A DNA stretch of 64,000 bases from Pristiophorus japonicus (lineage: Eukaryota), in the NCBI RefSeq assembly GCF_044704955.1, contig NC_091999.1, positions 59,210,001-59,274,000 of the forward strand, in the 5' to 3' direction. This document shows positions 1 to 13,699 of this stretch, piece by piece. Under the pieces are notes generated by a model that did no database searches, was not told the DNA's origin, and saw only the letters and a program-made list of their open reading frames with translations. Positions within the stretch are counted from its first letter, which is position 1, and the number at the start of each line of letters is the position of its first letter. Position numbers and translations under genes: made by a program.

Positions 1-1560
1 CCCTCATCTCCGGAATCAACCTTCGCTGGAAAGCCTCCAATGCAGGTATATCCTTCCTTAAATACAGGGGCCAACACTGGACGCAGTACTCTAGATGTGG
101 CTTCACCAATATCCTCTAGCGTTTTGCCCATTCACTTAGTCTGTCCATATCCCTTTACAGATTATTGGTGTCCTCCTCACAATTTTTTTTCCCACTCTTC
201 TTTTTATCATCTGAAAACTTGGCTACATTACACTGGGTCCCTTCATCCAAGTCATTACTATCGATTGTAAATAGTTCAGGTTCCCCCACCGATCCCTGCG
301 GCACACCACGAGATACTGTTTGCCAACCGGAAATTGACCCATTTATCCCGACCCTCCGATCTGTTAGTTAGCCAATCCACTATCCATGCCAATATATTGC
401 CCTCAACCCGGAGAACTTTTATCTTGTGCAGTAACCTTTTATGCGGCACCATATCGAATGCCTTCTGGAAATTCAAATACACCACATCCACTGGATTCCC
501 CTAATACACCCTGTTCGTTTCATCCTCAAAGATCTTCAGCAAATTTGTCAATCATGTCGTTCCGTTCATGAAACCATGCTGATTCTGCTTGATTGAATTT
601 TGCTTTTCCAAATCTCCCGCTACTGCTTCCTTAATGGACTCCAGCATTGTCCCAATGACAGATGTTCAGCTCACTGGTCTATAGTTTCTTGCTTTTTGTC
701 TGCTTATTTTTTTAAATAGGGGCACTACATTTGCAGTTTTCCAATCCGCTGGGCCAGCCCCAGAATTCAAGGAATTTTGGTAGATTACAACCAATGCATC
801 AACTATCTCTGCAGCCACTTCTTTAATACCATAGGATGTAACCCATCAGGCCCTGGGGACTTGTCCGCCTTTAGTCCCATCATTTTACCGAGTACGACTT
901 CATTAGTGATAGTGATTGTAATAAATTCCTCCCTCCCTATAGCCCCTTGATTTTGCATAATTTGGATGTTTTTAGTGTCTGCTACCATGAAGACCGATAC
1001 AAAATATTTGTTCAACGTCTCTGTCATTTCCCTGTTCTCCATTATTCATTCCCCAGTCTCATCCGCTTGATGACCAACATTTACTTTAACCTCTCTTTTG
1101 CTTGTTATGTACCTGTAGAAACTCTTACTATCTGTTTTTATATTTCGCGCTAGTTTACTTTCATAATCTATCTTCCCTCTCTTTATCATTTGTTTAGTTG
1201 TTCTTTGCTGGCTTTTAAAAGTTTCCCAATCCTCTGGCCTCCCACTAGTCTTGGCCACATTGTACGCCTTTGTTTCCAATTTGATACCATCCCTATTTCC
1301 TGAGTTAACCACGGATGGTTATCCCCTCTCTTACAGTCTTGCCTTCTAATTGGGATATTTTTTTGTTGCGAGTTATGAATTATCTACTTTAATGTCTGCC
1401 ACTGCTCATCAACCGTCCCATACTTTTATCTTTTTTCCTAGTCCGCTTTAGCCACCAATGCCCTTATACCTTTGTAGGCTCGTTTATTTAAGCTTTGGAC
1501 AGTGGTTTGAAAACCAATTCTCGCACTCTCCAACTGAATTTGAAATTTAACCGTGTTATG
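1..1560 (-). mobile_element. CR1-type LINE ORF2 (RT) fragment, degenerate
   Basis: Minus-strand peptides DVVYLNFQKAFDMVPHKRLL, DKSPGPDGLHP, IKTDSKSFYRYI; frameshifted. Confidence 0.9.
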
Positions 1561-1689
1561 GTCATTCATAGATTAGTACGGCACAGAAGGTGATAATTCA
1601 GCCCATAGAGTCTGTGCCGGCTCTTTCGAAGAACAACCCAGTTAGTCCCATTCCTGTGCACTTTCCCTATATCACTGCATCTTTCTGCT

Positions 1690-1958
1690 CAGTTGGTTGT
1701 AAGGGATTCATGGCACTATACTGAAGAGCAGATGAGTTCTCCAGGGTTTCCAGCGCAAATATTTATACTTCAACCAACATCTGAAAAACAAATTATCTGA
1801 TCAATATTTCATGCTCTTTGTGAGAGCTTGCTGTGCACACATTGTCTGCAACGTTTCCTACATTACAACAGTGAGCACACTTCCAAAGTAATTCATTGGC
1901 TGTAAAGCACTTTGGGATATCATGAGGTCAAGAAAGGCATTATATAAGTGCATGGTGT
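1690..1958 (+). mobile_element. Deu-domain SINE (SacSINE1/AmnSINE1-like), 3' part
   Basis: cttgctgtgc...gtttcctacattacaacagtg...cattggctgtaaagcactttggga; same element at 11228, 27730, 39212. Confidence 0.75.
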
Positions 1959-2789
1959 TTCTAAATGTCAACATTTGTAAATAAAAGTTGAGATATGTGA
2001 AAAGCTCAGATATTAATGTGATTGTAGGACACTCCTCTGGTCACTGGTTTTACTTTCAATGTTTAGTTTCAATGGGTTAAATCTTCCACGAAATGGAGAT
2101 CCAGTAGAATAGCAGCCTGTTGAGAGATGTTCCATTAATTTCGGCAGTAGTTCTTTCAGAACTGAATTATTCATTTTACTATGTATTCCTTTGACATAAA
2201 TGACATCTGTTCTAATTGAACAAAACTGAAGCAAACCTCACTGTTGGAGATTTTTCTATTAAAGTTGTACCAACTGTCAATATTTTTACAAATGACACTT
2301 GTTGTGAGAGGAGACTAATCAATAAGTGACTCTGTTGATCTGATTTTGCTGCCATGAACACTTCATGGGAACCGGTGAGGCGGTTATGTAAATAAACACA
2401 GAAATAGAAGTTCTCGATTAGAGTATTGAGTGACAGAAACAAGTTAAATGTTTCCCCACCAACACAGAATAGAAATAAGCAGAGAAAGAAATGCAAATTT
2501 CCCAACGGATTCCAGTAGCAATTGTTTTGCGGGACATTTTTCTAAACAAAAGAGAATAAAGTAAAGATGATACCCAGGGACAGAATGGGGAAAGATTCTA
2601 TTCACCGTATATAGTAACATCACAAATTGTCAGTGGAGATTTCCTGTACCCTCTCCCTCTCCTATTTCCAATTTGTGTATTGTCTCTCAAGAATGGATAA
2701 TTAGCCATCTCCCACAACTAGATATTAAAATCTAACAAATGTTTTTCTTGAACCCGAATGATACGCCTCGAACCAACTTCATTGGAATG

Positions 2790-3180
2790 CGCAGAGGGAG
2801 CTTTAATCCAAGATATGACCTGTGAATTAAACGATCTGGGAGCGTTTGATTGGACAGTGTAGGGAGAGCTTTACTCTGTATTTAAACTGTGCTCTACTGT
2901 GTCCCTGGGAGTGTTTGATAGGACACTGTAGAGCTCGTTTTACTCTGGATCTGACACATGCTGCACCTGTCCTGGGAGTGTTTGATGGGACAGAGTCGAG
3001 GGAGCTTTGCACTGTATCTAACCCGTACTGTACCTACCTTGGAAGTGTTTGATGGGACAGTGTATAGAGTCCATTTTGCTGTATCTAACCCGTACATACC
3101 TGTCCTGGGAATGTTTAATTAGAAAATGTAGAGGTCGGTTTACTCTGTATCTGACACATGTTGTACCTGACCTGTGATTT
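2790..3180. repeat. ~67-bp tandem repeat (ctgtacctgccctgggagtgtttgatgggacagtgtagagggagctttact...)
   Basis: Several visible units; same family at 12680, 29050, 40510, 51270, 52100. Confidence 0.85.
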
Positions 3181-3469
3181 ACAGTGTTTAGTGCATTAAT
3201 AACGGTGACAGGGTCTAATTTAACATAAACGGAGGCATTGTCTAGTTTAGTAAAGTGAAATGATGGGGCTAGAGTAATGTAAACACCGTCCTTGTCTAGT
3301 TTAATATAAACAGAGACAGGGACTTGTGTAATAGGAACAAAGGCACATACTATTCCAGTATTATATGAGCCAGGGCGTAGTACAATATTAATAATTCTAG
3401 TACTGTAATAACTGAGGCAGGACTTAGTGCAGTAATTACTGATACAGGGACATTGTTTTATTCGTTCCT

Positions 3470-4600
3470 GTCATGCGGGTGTGAGAGTCATTCGGCCCAT
3501 ACAGACCATGCCGCTCTCAGCAAGAATATTTCAGCTAGTCCACTCCCCCGCCCTTTTCCGTAGCCCTGTGATTGTTCTTCCTTCAGGAACTTATCCAATT
3601 CCGTGCCATGATTGAATCTGTCTCCACCACTCTTTCAGGCAGTGCATTCCAGATCCTAATTTTTCCTCGTGTCGATTTAGGTTGTTCTGCCAATTGCGCT
3701 AAATCTGTATCCTCTGTTCTCGACCCTTCCGCCAATGGGAACTGTTTCTCTCCAGCTACTCTGTCTCGACCCCTTATGACTCTGAATACCTCTATCAAGT
3801 CTCATCTCAACCTTCTCTGCTCTAAGGAGAACATCCCCAGCTACTCCAGTCTATCCACATAACTGAAGTACCTTATCCCTGGAACCACAGGGAAATCTTT
3901 TCTGCACCCTCTCGAAGGCGTTTACATCCTTCCTAAAGTAAGGTGCCCAGAATTGGACACAGTAATAGCTTGTGGCCGAAACCGTGTTTTACACAGGTTC
4001 ATCATAATTTCCTTGCTTATATATTATATGCCTCTATTTATGAAGCCCAGGATCCCATATGTTTTTTAAAACACTTTATGAACCTACCCTGCCACCTTCA
4101 AAGACTTTTGCATTTCGACCCCCAGGTCCCTGCGTTCATCACAGCTTTTAGTTTTGTACCCTTTGGTTACTTTTCCTCTCCTCGTTCTTCCTTCCAAAAT
4201 GTATAACTTCACACTTTTCTGCGTTTCATTTGCCAAGTGTCCGTCTATTCCACCAGCATGTCGCTGTCCTCTTGAAGTCATCACTATCCTCCTCTCCTCA
4301 CTGTTCACTAAACTTCCCAGACTTGAATAGTTTAAACATTTTGAAATTGTGCCCAGTACACCCGAATCTAGGTCATGAATATAAATCAAAAAAAGCAGCG
4401 TTCCTAGTACCAACCGCTGCGAAACACCACTGTATACCTCCCTCCAGTCCCAAATAAAACACAGCTCTCTGATTCCTGTCACTCAGCCAATTTCATATCC
4501 ATGATGCCACTGTCCCTTATATTCTATGGGCTTTAACTTTGCTGGAAATGATATTATCAAAGCACTTTATCAAATGCCTTTTGGAAGTCCATCATAAACT
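3470..4600 (-). mobile_element. Old CR1 LINE 3' fragment
   Basis: WREVYSGVSQRLVLGTLLFLIYIHDLD; RIWNALPERVVE. Confidence 0.85.
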
Positions 4601-5989
4601 GAAACTGGGTCTACTGCAGCAAAAACCGCGATGGGGTCTGGTGTAATGAGAGAGACAGTAAGTCAGATATTTACAGATTTATTAACCTCATGCCAGATAC
4701 AGGTGCAGTTTCATGTTTACCATCACTTGAGGTGTATATCAGCGGATTCTGTGTGATGGTGAGATGATCACTGGACAATAAAGCGCAGGGACTGGTGACT
4801 GGTTGCGCATTATTCTCGGAGTGATTTAATCCACTTTCCCACTGAATACTGCGGACAGACATGGTCACCTTGGTAATGGAATTGTCAGTGTGACATCACT
4901 TTCTAAAGAAGAGCACGCAAGACAATGTGTTATCAATAAATGTTAAAGGTATTAAACGATCTGCAATTAGCTGTTGAATAAAATAAAATGCTGAAAAATA
5001 ATGTTTGGAGCTAATAATTTATCTTTGTGGAATGCACTTGCACACCTTATGNNNNNNNNNNNNNNNNNNNNNNNNNNNNNNNNNNNNNNNNNNNNNNNNN
5101 NNNNNNNNNNNNNNNNNNNNNNNNNNNNNNNNNNNNNNNNNNNNNNNNNNNNNNNNNNNNNNNNNNNNNNNNNNNNNNNNNNNNNNNNNNNNNNNNNNNN
5201 NNNNNNNNNNNNNNNNNNNNNNNNNNNNNNNNNNNNNNNNNNNNNNNNNNNNNNNNNNNNNNNNNNNNNNNNNNNNNNNNNNNNNNNNNNNNNNNNNNNN
5301 NNNNNNGTGCTCTTTTCAGTTGTTCGGCTTAAGCAGATGCGTTATTAGTCCGGTGGATGTTTGGACCATGCGGCCGTCCATCCGGCGGTGCTGTGAGGTC
5401 ACGGTTCCAGGCTCTGTCTGACACAATCAGTGGGACACGTGAAAATACTGCGAGAAAAACAATCGTTTACATTAAAGAACCGAGAGCAATTGGCGCAGGA
5501 CAACACCAGTGTGAGTTAGTAACCTTTAACACACAGTGCCACTAAGTAGTGTAAAGTGCAGTGAATTGCTCACCTTCAGTCCTGTCCCTCAATCCCAGTC
5601 CATCTCTGGGAGATTGTTACAAGATTAACCCCATCCCCTCAGCACAAATATTACCGACACAATACCAGATCAATTAGACTTTGCACACAACTCTTGTTAC
5701 CTATTATTGAAACTAAACGTATGTTCTAACCAAAAAAGTATTAAATCCTCCTAACCACACATATAAATATCTTTATTTATATCAATATCTATCCAGCGTC
5801 TATATATCTTCTGTCAATCTAACAGACGCATGGTCAAGTGCAGAAATAACGGTGACAGGGTCTATAGTACAATAACTAGAGACATATTCCTTGGAGTGGG
5901 AGTTTATCCCAAAACTGTCTTAGACGGGGCGAAGTGAGACACACTGTGCCTCGGCTGACACAAACAGACATTGTAACATTAGAAGACCG

Positions 5990-7370
5990 TAAGGATATAA
6001 GAAATAGAAGCATGAGTAGGCCATACGGCCCCTCGAGCCTGCTGCGTCATTCAATATGATCATGGATGATCCGATCATGGAGTCAGATCCACTTCCTTGT
6101 GCGCGCGCCGTAACCCATTAATCCCTTATCGCATAAGAAACTGTCTATCTCTGTCTTAAATGTATTCGATTTTCCGGCATCCACAGCTCCCTGAGGCAGT
6201 GAATTCCACAGATTTACAACCCTCTGAGAAAAGAAGTTCCTCCTCATCTCAATGTTAAATGGGCGGCTCTTATATTAAGATTATGCCCCTAGTTCTAGTC
6301 TACCCTATCAGTGGAAACATCGTCTATGTATCCACCTTTACGATAAGATCACCACTCATTCTTCTGAATTCCAATGAGTAGATGCCCAAACTCCTCAACC
6401 CTTCCTCGTAAGTCAAGGCACTCATCTCCGCAATCAACCTAGTGAACATTCCCTGTACTGCCTACAAAGCAAGTATAATATTTCGTAAATGTGGAAAACA
6501 AAGCAGTACGCAGTTTTCCAGCTGTGACCTCACCAATACTCTGTATAACTGTAGCAAGATCAACCTGCTTTTATACTCCATCCCCTTTGCAATAAATGCC
6601 AAAATTCCATTGGCCTTCATGATCACTTCCTTTACCTGCACAAATACCCCCAGGTCCCGCTGTAATGCAGCACTTTGCAATTATTCTGCCAAAGTGCATG
6701 ATCTGACACTTTCTTACATTATATTCCAGCTGTCAATTTTTTTCCCACACACATGGCCTGTCTGTCCTTTAGCAGATTATGTGTGTCCTCCTTACACATT
6801 GCTTTTCGTCTCATCTTTGTATCGTCAACAACCTTCTCTGTGTTATACTCGGTCCCTTCATTCAAGTCGTTAGTATCGATTGTAAATAGCTGGGGCCCCA
6901 GCACTTATCCCTGTGACACGCCACCATTTACTGATTGCCAAACCGAGAATGAACAATTTAGCCCGACTCTCTGTTTTCTGTTAATTAGACAATCCTCTAT
7001 CAATGCTAATATATTACCTCCAACCCCTTGAAGGTTTATCTTGTGATGTAACCTTTTATGTGGCACCATGTCAAATGCCTTCTGGAAGTCCAAGTACACC
7101 ACATCAACTGGTTCCCCTTTCTTCACCCTGTTCGTTACACTCAAAGATTTCCAGCAAATTTGGGAAACATGACTTCCTCTCCATAAATCTATGCTGACGC
7201 TGCCTGACCGAATTATGCTTTTCTTCATATCCTGCTATAGCTTCTTAATAATGAACTCCAACAATTTCCAAAACACAGATTTTCGGCTATCTGATCTATG
7301 ATTTCCTGCTTTCTGGCTGCCTCCTTTTTTAAATAGAGGTCTTACATTTGCAGTTTTCCAATCTGCTGGG
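5990..7370 (-). mobile_element. CR1 LINE 3' part
   Basis: DVVYLDFQKAFDMVPH, LYRVLVRSQLENC; 3' tail near 5995. Confidence 0.9.
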
Positions 7371-7554
7371 TCTTCTTGTGAAGTGCAATGATACATGACC
7401 TCGTCCATCATAAAGGGAGACCGGGTCTAGAGTAATATAAACAGAGGCAGGGCCTGGTGTAATATACACAGAGACAGGGTGTGGTGTATTATAAACAGAG
7501 ACAAGGTCTAGTGTAATAGAAATAGCTACAGTGCCTAGTGCAATATAAATATAA

Positions 7555-9560
7555 AAACATAAGTACATAAGAAATAGGAGCAGGAGTAGGCCAACTGGCC
7601 GCTCGAACCTGCTCCGTCATATAGGAATGTCATGGCTGATCTGATCATGGACTCAGCCTCACTTCCCTGCCCGCTGGCCACAATTCTTTATTCCCTTATC
7701 GCTCAAATATCTGTCTGTCTCCGCCTTAAATATATTGCATGTCTAGCCTCCACAGCTCTCTGGGGCATAGAGTTCCATAGATATACAAACCTCGCAGAGA
7801 AGAGATTCCTCCTCATTTCAGTTTTAAATGTGCTGCCCCTTATTCTGAGACTATGTCCCCTAGTTTCTTTCTCCCCTTGGAGTGGAAATATCCTCTCTGC
7901 ATTCACCTTGTTGAGCTCTCTCGTTATCCTATGTTTCAGTAAAATCACCTCATTGTTCTGAACTCCAATCTGTATAGTCCCAACCTACTCAACCTATCTT
8001 CATAAGTCAACGACCTCATCTCCGGACTCATCCTAGTAAACCTTCTCTGGACAACCTTCAATGTAAGTATATCCTTCCTTAAATACGGAGACCAAAACCT
8101 TACGCAGTACTGTACTACAATATCCTGTACAGTTCTGCCCACTCACTTAGCCTGTCTATATCCCTTTGCAGATTTTTTGTGTCCTCCGCACAATTTGCTT
8201 TCTCACCCATCTTTATATCATCAGCAAACTTGGCTACATTACACTCAGTGCCTTCATCCAAAGTCATGACAAAAATTATAAATAGTTGAGGACCAAGCAC
8301 CGATCCCTGCGCACCCCACTAGTCACTGTTTGCCAATCGGGAAATGACCCAAATATCCCGACTCGCCGATCTGCTAGTTAGCCAATACGCTACCCATGCT
8401 AATATATTAACCCCAATCCCGTGAACTTTTATCTTGTGCAGTAACCTTTTATATCGAATGCATTCTGGAAATCCAAATACACCACATCCACTGGTCCCCC
8501 ACTATCCACCCTGCTCGTTACATCTTCAAAGAACTCCATCAAATTTGTCAAACATGATTTCCCTTTCATTAAACCATGCTGATTCTGCTTGATTGAATGA
8601 TGCTTTTCCAAATGTCCCGCTACCTGAATGGAATCCAGCTTTTTTACAATGGCTGACGTTCGGCTCATTGATCTATAGTTTCTTGCTTTTTGTCTGCCTT
8701 CTTTTTTAAATAGGGGCGTTATATTTGCAGTTTTCCAATCTGCTGGGTCCGCCCCAGAATCCAGGGAATTTTGGTAGATTACAGCCAACGCATCCACTAT
8801 CTCTGCAGCCACTTCTTTTAGGACCCTAGGATGTAAGCCGTCAGGTCCAGGGGACTTGTCCGTCTTGATTACCATTATTTTACCGAGTACTACTTCATTA
8901 GTGATCGTGATTGTAATAAGTTCCTCCCTCCCTATAGCCCCTTGATGTTCCACTATTGGAATTTTTTTAATGTATTCTACCGTGAAGACAAATACAAAAT
9001 ATTTATTCAACGATTTTTCCATTTCTTTGGTCTCCATTATTAATTGCCCAATCTCATCCTCTAGGTGACCAATATTTACTTTAGCCAAACCTTTCCTTTT
9101 TATGCACCTGTAGAAACTCTTACTATCTGTTTTTTATATTTCGTGCTTGTTTACTTTCATAATCTATCTTCCCTCTCTTTATCATTTATTGTTTCTTTGC
9201 TAGCTTTTAAAAGTTTCCCAATCCTCTGACCTCCCACTCGTCTTGGCCACAATGTATGCATTTGTTTGCAATTTGATACATTCCCTTATTTCCTTAGTTA
9301 GCCCCGGATGGTTATCCCTTCTCATGCAGTGTTGCCTTCTCATTGGGATATATTTCTGTTTCGAGTTATGAAATATCTCCATAAATGTCGGCCACTGCTC
9401 ATCAGCTGTCCCATCCTTTTATCTAATTTCCCAGTCCACTTTAGCCAACTCTGCCCTCATAGTATCCTTCATTTAAACTTAGGATACTGGATTGTGAACC
9501 AACTCTATCCCACCACCTCCCCCACCGCCAACTGAATTTGAAATTCAACTATGTTATGGT
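7555..9560 (-). mobile_element. CR1 LINE, 3' ~2 kb of ORF2, disrupted
   Basis: ORF 8429-9088 DKSPGPDGLHPRVLKE...WKTANITPLFKK...CLTNL; KFADD; YCVRFWSPY. Confidence 0.92.
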
Positions 9561-10596
9561 CATTCATAGATTGGTACGGCACACAGGGTGGCCATTCAGC
9601 CCATAGAGTCTGTGCCGGCTCTTTCGAAGAGCAAGCCCATTAATGTCAATCCCCCGCTCCTTCCCTATATCCCTGCATTTTTGCTCCTTCAAATACTTGC
9701 ACAATTTCCTTTTTGAAGGCTACTATTGAATCTGTATCTACCACCCTATTATGCAGTACACTCTAAATTCTAACCAGTGGTTGCATAGAAATTTTATCTA
9801 CATATCGCTTCTTGTTCTTTTGTCAATCACCACCCATCTGAAACAGTTTCTGTTTATTTACTCTGTCAAATGATTGATATTTTCAAAAACGTCCATCAAA
9901 TCTTCTCTTCGACTTCTCTCCTCTGAAGAGGAGAATCCCATCTTCTCCTGTCTCTCCACATTAACTGAAGTCCCTCATCCCTGGTACCATTCTATTAGAC
10001 ATGCCCTCAACCTTGCCTCCTCCAAGGAGAGCAAACCCATCTTCTCCAGTCTCCGCTTTAACTGAAGTCCCTCATGCAGGTACCAATGTACTGAATCTCC
10101 CCTCACCATTCTCTGCTGTATGGAGAACAGCCCCAGCTTCTCCAAGTCTGTCCATGTAGCAAGAGCTTGTGAGCTACCATACCGTACACACAATGGCAAC
10201 AAGCTCCAGGCGGGCACTGGCCCATCCTCAACAGCCAGAATGGGGAGGGAAAACAAGAAGTTGAAAGTTGACGATGACTTAAAACAATTTTTAAAGAAGT
10301 TACCCTTCTTTTTTTTAATCATGAAAAGGAAAAATACCCCGACTGTACCAACTAGAATTTCTACCCAGTGCCAGTTCCCCAGCCAACTCCCTCTCTGGAA
10401 AGGTCACCATTTTATTTATCATCAGTATTATTTTAGGCAGGGGGGTTAAATATATACATTTGCTGTCGCTCACTCTCTTATTTGTTAATATATATGAAAG
10501 CCCGGTGAAGGAATTGTGTGCAGAATATTCCAGCTGAGGAATCCTCATCGATGGAAGCAGAAACACTGCAAAGGGAAAATACGAATCGGCTGAGCT

Positions 10597-10845
10597 GAGG
10601 GAGGGATGGAGGTAGGGAGGAGTGGAGCAAGGAAGGGGTGCTGTGATGGAGGGGTGGAGGGATGGTCGGAGGGTGGGAGGGATGGTTGCGGGAAGGGAGA
10701 GATTGATGGAGGGAGGTATGGAGGTATGGAGGGCTGGAAATGGAAGGAGGGTGGCAGGGGATGGTGGGAGGGAGTGATGGAGGGTTGATGGTGGGAGGGA
10801 AGGAGAGACGTGTGGTCGGAGGGAAGGATAGTTGGAGGGAGTAAT
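10597..10845. repeat. (GGA/GGGA)-rich low-complexity tract
   Basis: Purine-rich degenerate microsatellite; counterpart at 27037-27357. Confidence 0.85.
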
Positions 10846-11227
10846 GGAGTATCTCCCATTTTACAAGATCAAAACTCTTCATCTTCTTGAGCACCTCTAA
10901 TAAGTGCCCCATAACCTGCTCGGCTCGAAGGAGAAAAATGCCAGGTTCCAGCTGCTCTTATGGTGCAGCTCACACAGTGTAAAACTCAAGTTCCGTGAGT
11001 CCTTCTGCCTTGGGCACTTCCAGACGTTCCTTGTGGAATCGCTTTTATCTAGATCCAGTGGAAACCCTAGTGTGTGAATGACATCCCGGACAAGATAAGA
11101 GAACTCGCCCGTGATAATAAACGGATCGGAGTAAGGCTGGGTTCAGGCCCTGAACTTCAGGCCCTGAACTTCAGGCAGGATGAACTGAATGGCAACATTT
11201 TAAAATAAAGCTGTGATATGTTCAAGC

Positions 11228-11665
11228 CTCGGCTCAGTGGGATCACTCTCGCCTCTGACTTATAAGGTCGCAGATATTAACCCCACTCCAGAGACCTGAG
11301 CCCATAATCGATGCCGACATGCACGGTGCCAGTGCTGAGGGAGTGCTGCACGATCAGAACTGCCGTCTTTCGGGGAAAACATTAAACTGAGACCACATCT
11401 TCCCACTCAGGTGGATTTAAAGTATTCGTTGCACTATCTTAAACAGCTGAGGAGTTCTCCAGGGTTTCCACGGAAAACATTTGTCCCTCAAACAACATCT
11501 GAAATACAGATTATCTGGTCATTATTTCATTGCTGTGTATGGGATCTTGCTCTGCACAAATTGGCTGCCACATTTCCTACGTTGCAACACTTCCAAAGTA
11601 ATTCATTGCCTGTAAAGCATTTGGGACATCATGAGGTCATGAAGGGCGCTATATAAATGCTAGTT
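11228..11665 (+). mobile_element. tRNA-derived Deu-domain SINE (SacSINE1-like), near full length
   Basis: ggctcagtgg A-box-like head, Deu core, 3' gcgctatataaatgc. Confidence 0.8.
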
Positions 11666-11959
11666 GTTTCTAAATGTCAACATTTTAAGATACACGTTGC
11701 GATTTGTGAAACGCTCAGATATTACTGATGGTCGCTGGTTGAACTTATTTAATTTCACTGGGTTAAATCTTCCACGAAGTGGAGATCCAGTGGAATACAG
11801 AACTTTCACAGCTGAATTATTTTTTTTTATACTTATTCCCTTTGATATAAATCACATCTGTTCTAATTAAACAAAACTGAAGCCAACGTCACTGATCGAC
11901 ATATTGCTACTTCTGTGTACCCACTGTCAATATTCTTAAAATAAGCTCTTGCTGTGAGT

Positions 11960-12347
11960 TTAGAATAGAAACGTTTAAGATTCTGACGGGTTTCGACAGG
12001 TTAGATGCAGGAAGAATGTTCCCAATGTTGGGGAAGTCCAGAACCAGGGGTCACAGTCTGAGGATAATGGGTAAGCCATTTAGGACCGAGATGAGGAGAA
12101 ACTTATTCACCCAGAGAGTGGTAAACCTGTGGAATTCTCTACCACAGAAAGTAGTTGAGGCCAATTCACTAAATATATTCAAAAGGGAGTTAGATGAAGT
12201 CCTTACTTCTCGGGGGATCAAGGGTTATGGCGAGAAAGCAGGAAGGGGGTACTGAAGTTTCATGTTCAGCCATGAACTCATTGAATGGCGGTGCAGGCTA
12301 GAAGGGCTAAATGGCCTGCCCCTGCACCTATTTTCTATGTTTCTATG
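11960..12347 (+). mobile_element. Young 5'-truncated CR1 insertion
   Basis: RTRGHSLRIMGKPFRTEMRRNLFTQRVVNLWNSLP and ttctatgtttctatg tail; absent from other block A copies. Confidence 0.9.
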
Positions 12348-13249
12348 TAAGTGACTCTGTTGGCATGATTTTGCTGCCATGAACACTTCATAGGAACCAT
12401 TGAGACCTTTTTGTAAATAATCACAGAAATAGATGTCCCAGATTAGAGTATTGAGCGTCAGAGACACAATAAATGTTTCGCTACCAACACAGCATAGAAA
12501 TAAAGATAGACAGAAATGCAAATCTCTCAACAGACTCCAGCAACAATTGTTTTTTGGTACATTTCACTAAATTTTATTAGAATAAAGGAAATATGATACC
12601 CACGGACAGAATGAGGAAATACTCCTTCTCGTCAGCATGTACAGCAATATCACTAATGTGATAGTGGAGGTTTATGCTTAAAGTTGTACCTGCCCTGGGA
12701 GTGTATGATGGGACATTGTAGAGGGAGTTTTACTCTGTATCTGACATATGATGTACCTGCCCTGGGAGTGTTTGATGGGGCAGTGTAGAGGGAGCTTTTC
12801 TCTGTGTCTAACTCGTACTCTACCTGCCCTGGGAGTATGTGATGTCCTAGTATAGAGGGCACTTTACTCTGTACCTGACACATGCTGTACCTGGCCTGGG
12901 AATGTATGATAGTGCGGTGTAGAGGGCGTTTTACTCTGTAGCTAACACATGCTGAACCCTGCCAGAAAGTTGCAGAGTTTAGTGCAGTAATAACTGAGAC
13001 AGGGTCCAGTGGAATATAAACAGAGACATGTTCTAGTTTAGTAATGTAAAAGTTTGGGGCTAGTGTAATATAATCTATGTCCTGGTCTAGTTTAATATAA
13101 ACAGAGACAGGGTCTTGTGCAATAGGAACAAAGGCATGACATATTCCAGTAATATCTGATACCGGGCCTATTACAATATTAATAGTTCTAGTGCAGTAAT
13201 AACTGAGATAGGGCCCGGTGCGGTAATTACTGATGCAGGGACATTTCTT

Positions 13250-13665
13250 TATTGTCTCCTGGCATATGGGTATGGGTGTCGCTGGCAAGGCAAACATTGA
13301 TGGTCTAGCCCTAATTGGCCTTGAAAAACAGGTGGCGAGCTGCCACCTTGAATCGCTGCAGTCCATGTGGCGATGGAACCCCCAAATTGTTCGGAAGGGG
13401 TTCCACGAATTTGACCCAGCGACTATGAAGGAACGGTAATACGGTTCCAAGTCAGGGTGATGTGTGATTTGGAGGGATACATGGAGGTGATGGTGTTCCC
13501 ATGAGCACGCTGCCCTTGTCCTTCTAGGTGGAAGAGGTCGCTGGTCTGGAAAGGACTGTTGAGGATGTCTTGGGAAGTTGCTGCAAAGCATCTTGGGGAT
13601 GTTAATCACTGCAGGCATGGTGCACCGTTGGGGGAGGGAGGGAATATTTAACGCGGTGGATGGGG
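13250..13665 (-). mobile_element. Non-LTR retrotransposon 3' end
   Basis: RSFIVAGSNSWN peptide; homologous copy at 29490-29880. Confidence 0.65.
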
Positions 13666-13699
13666 TAAAATAAACTTGAGAATGGTCTACTGTAGTGTA

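Larger units (their letters stand above)
1960..5900. repeat. Segmental duplication unit, copy 1 (blocks A and B)
   Basis: Non-TE blocks 1960-2790 and 4620-5900 recur in the same order at 11668/15190 and 28180/31060. Confidence 0.85.

Noticed and set aside
5001-5421. ORFs spanning N runs (also 45455-45854)
   Set aside because: Artefacts of assembly gaps
10973-10979. Isolated CACAGTG heptamers (also 27581)
   Set aside because: No matching nonamer or adjacent coding segment
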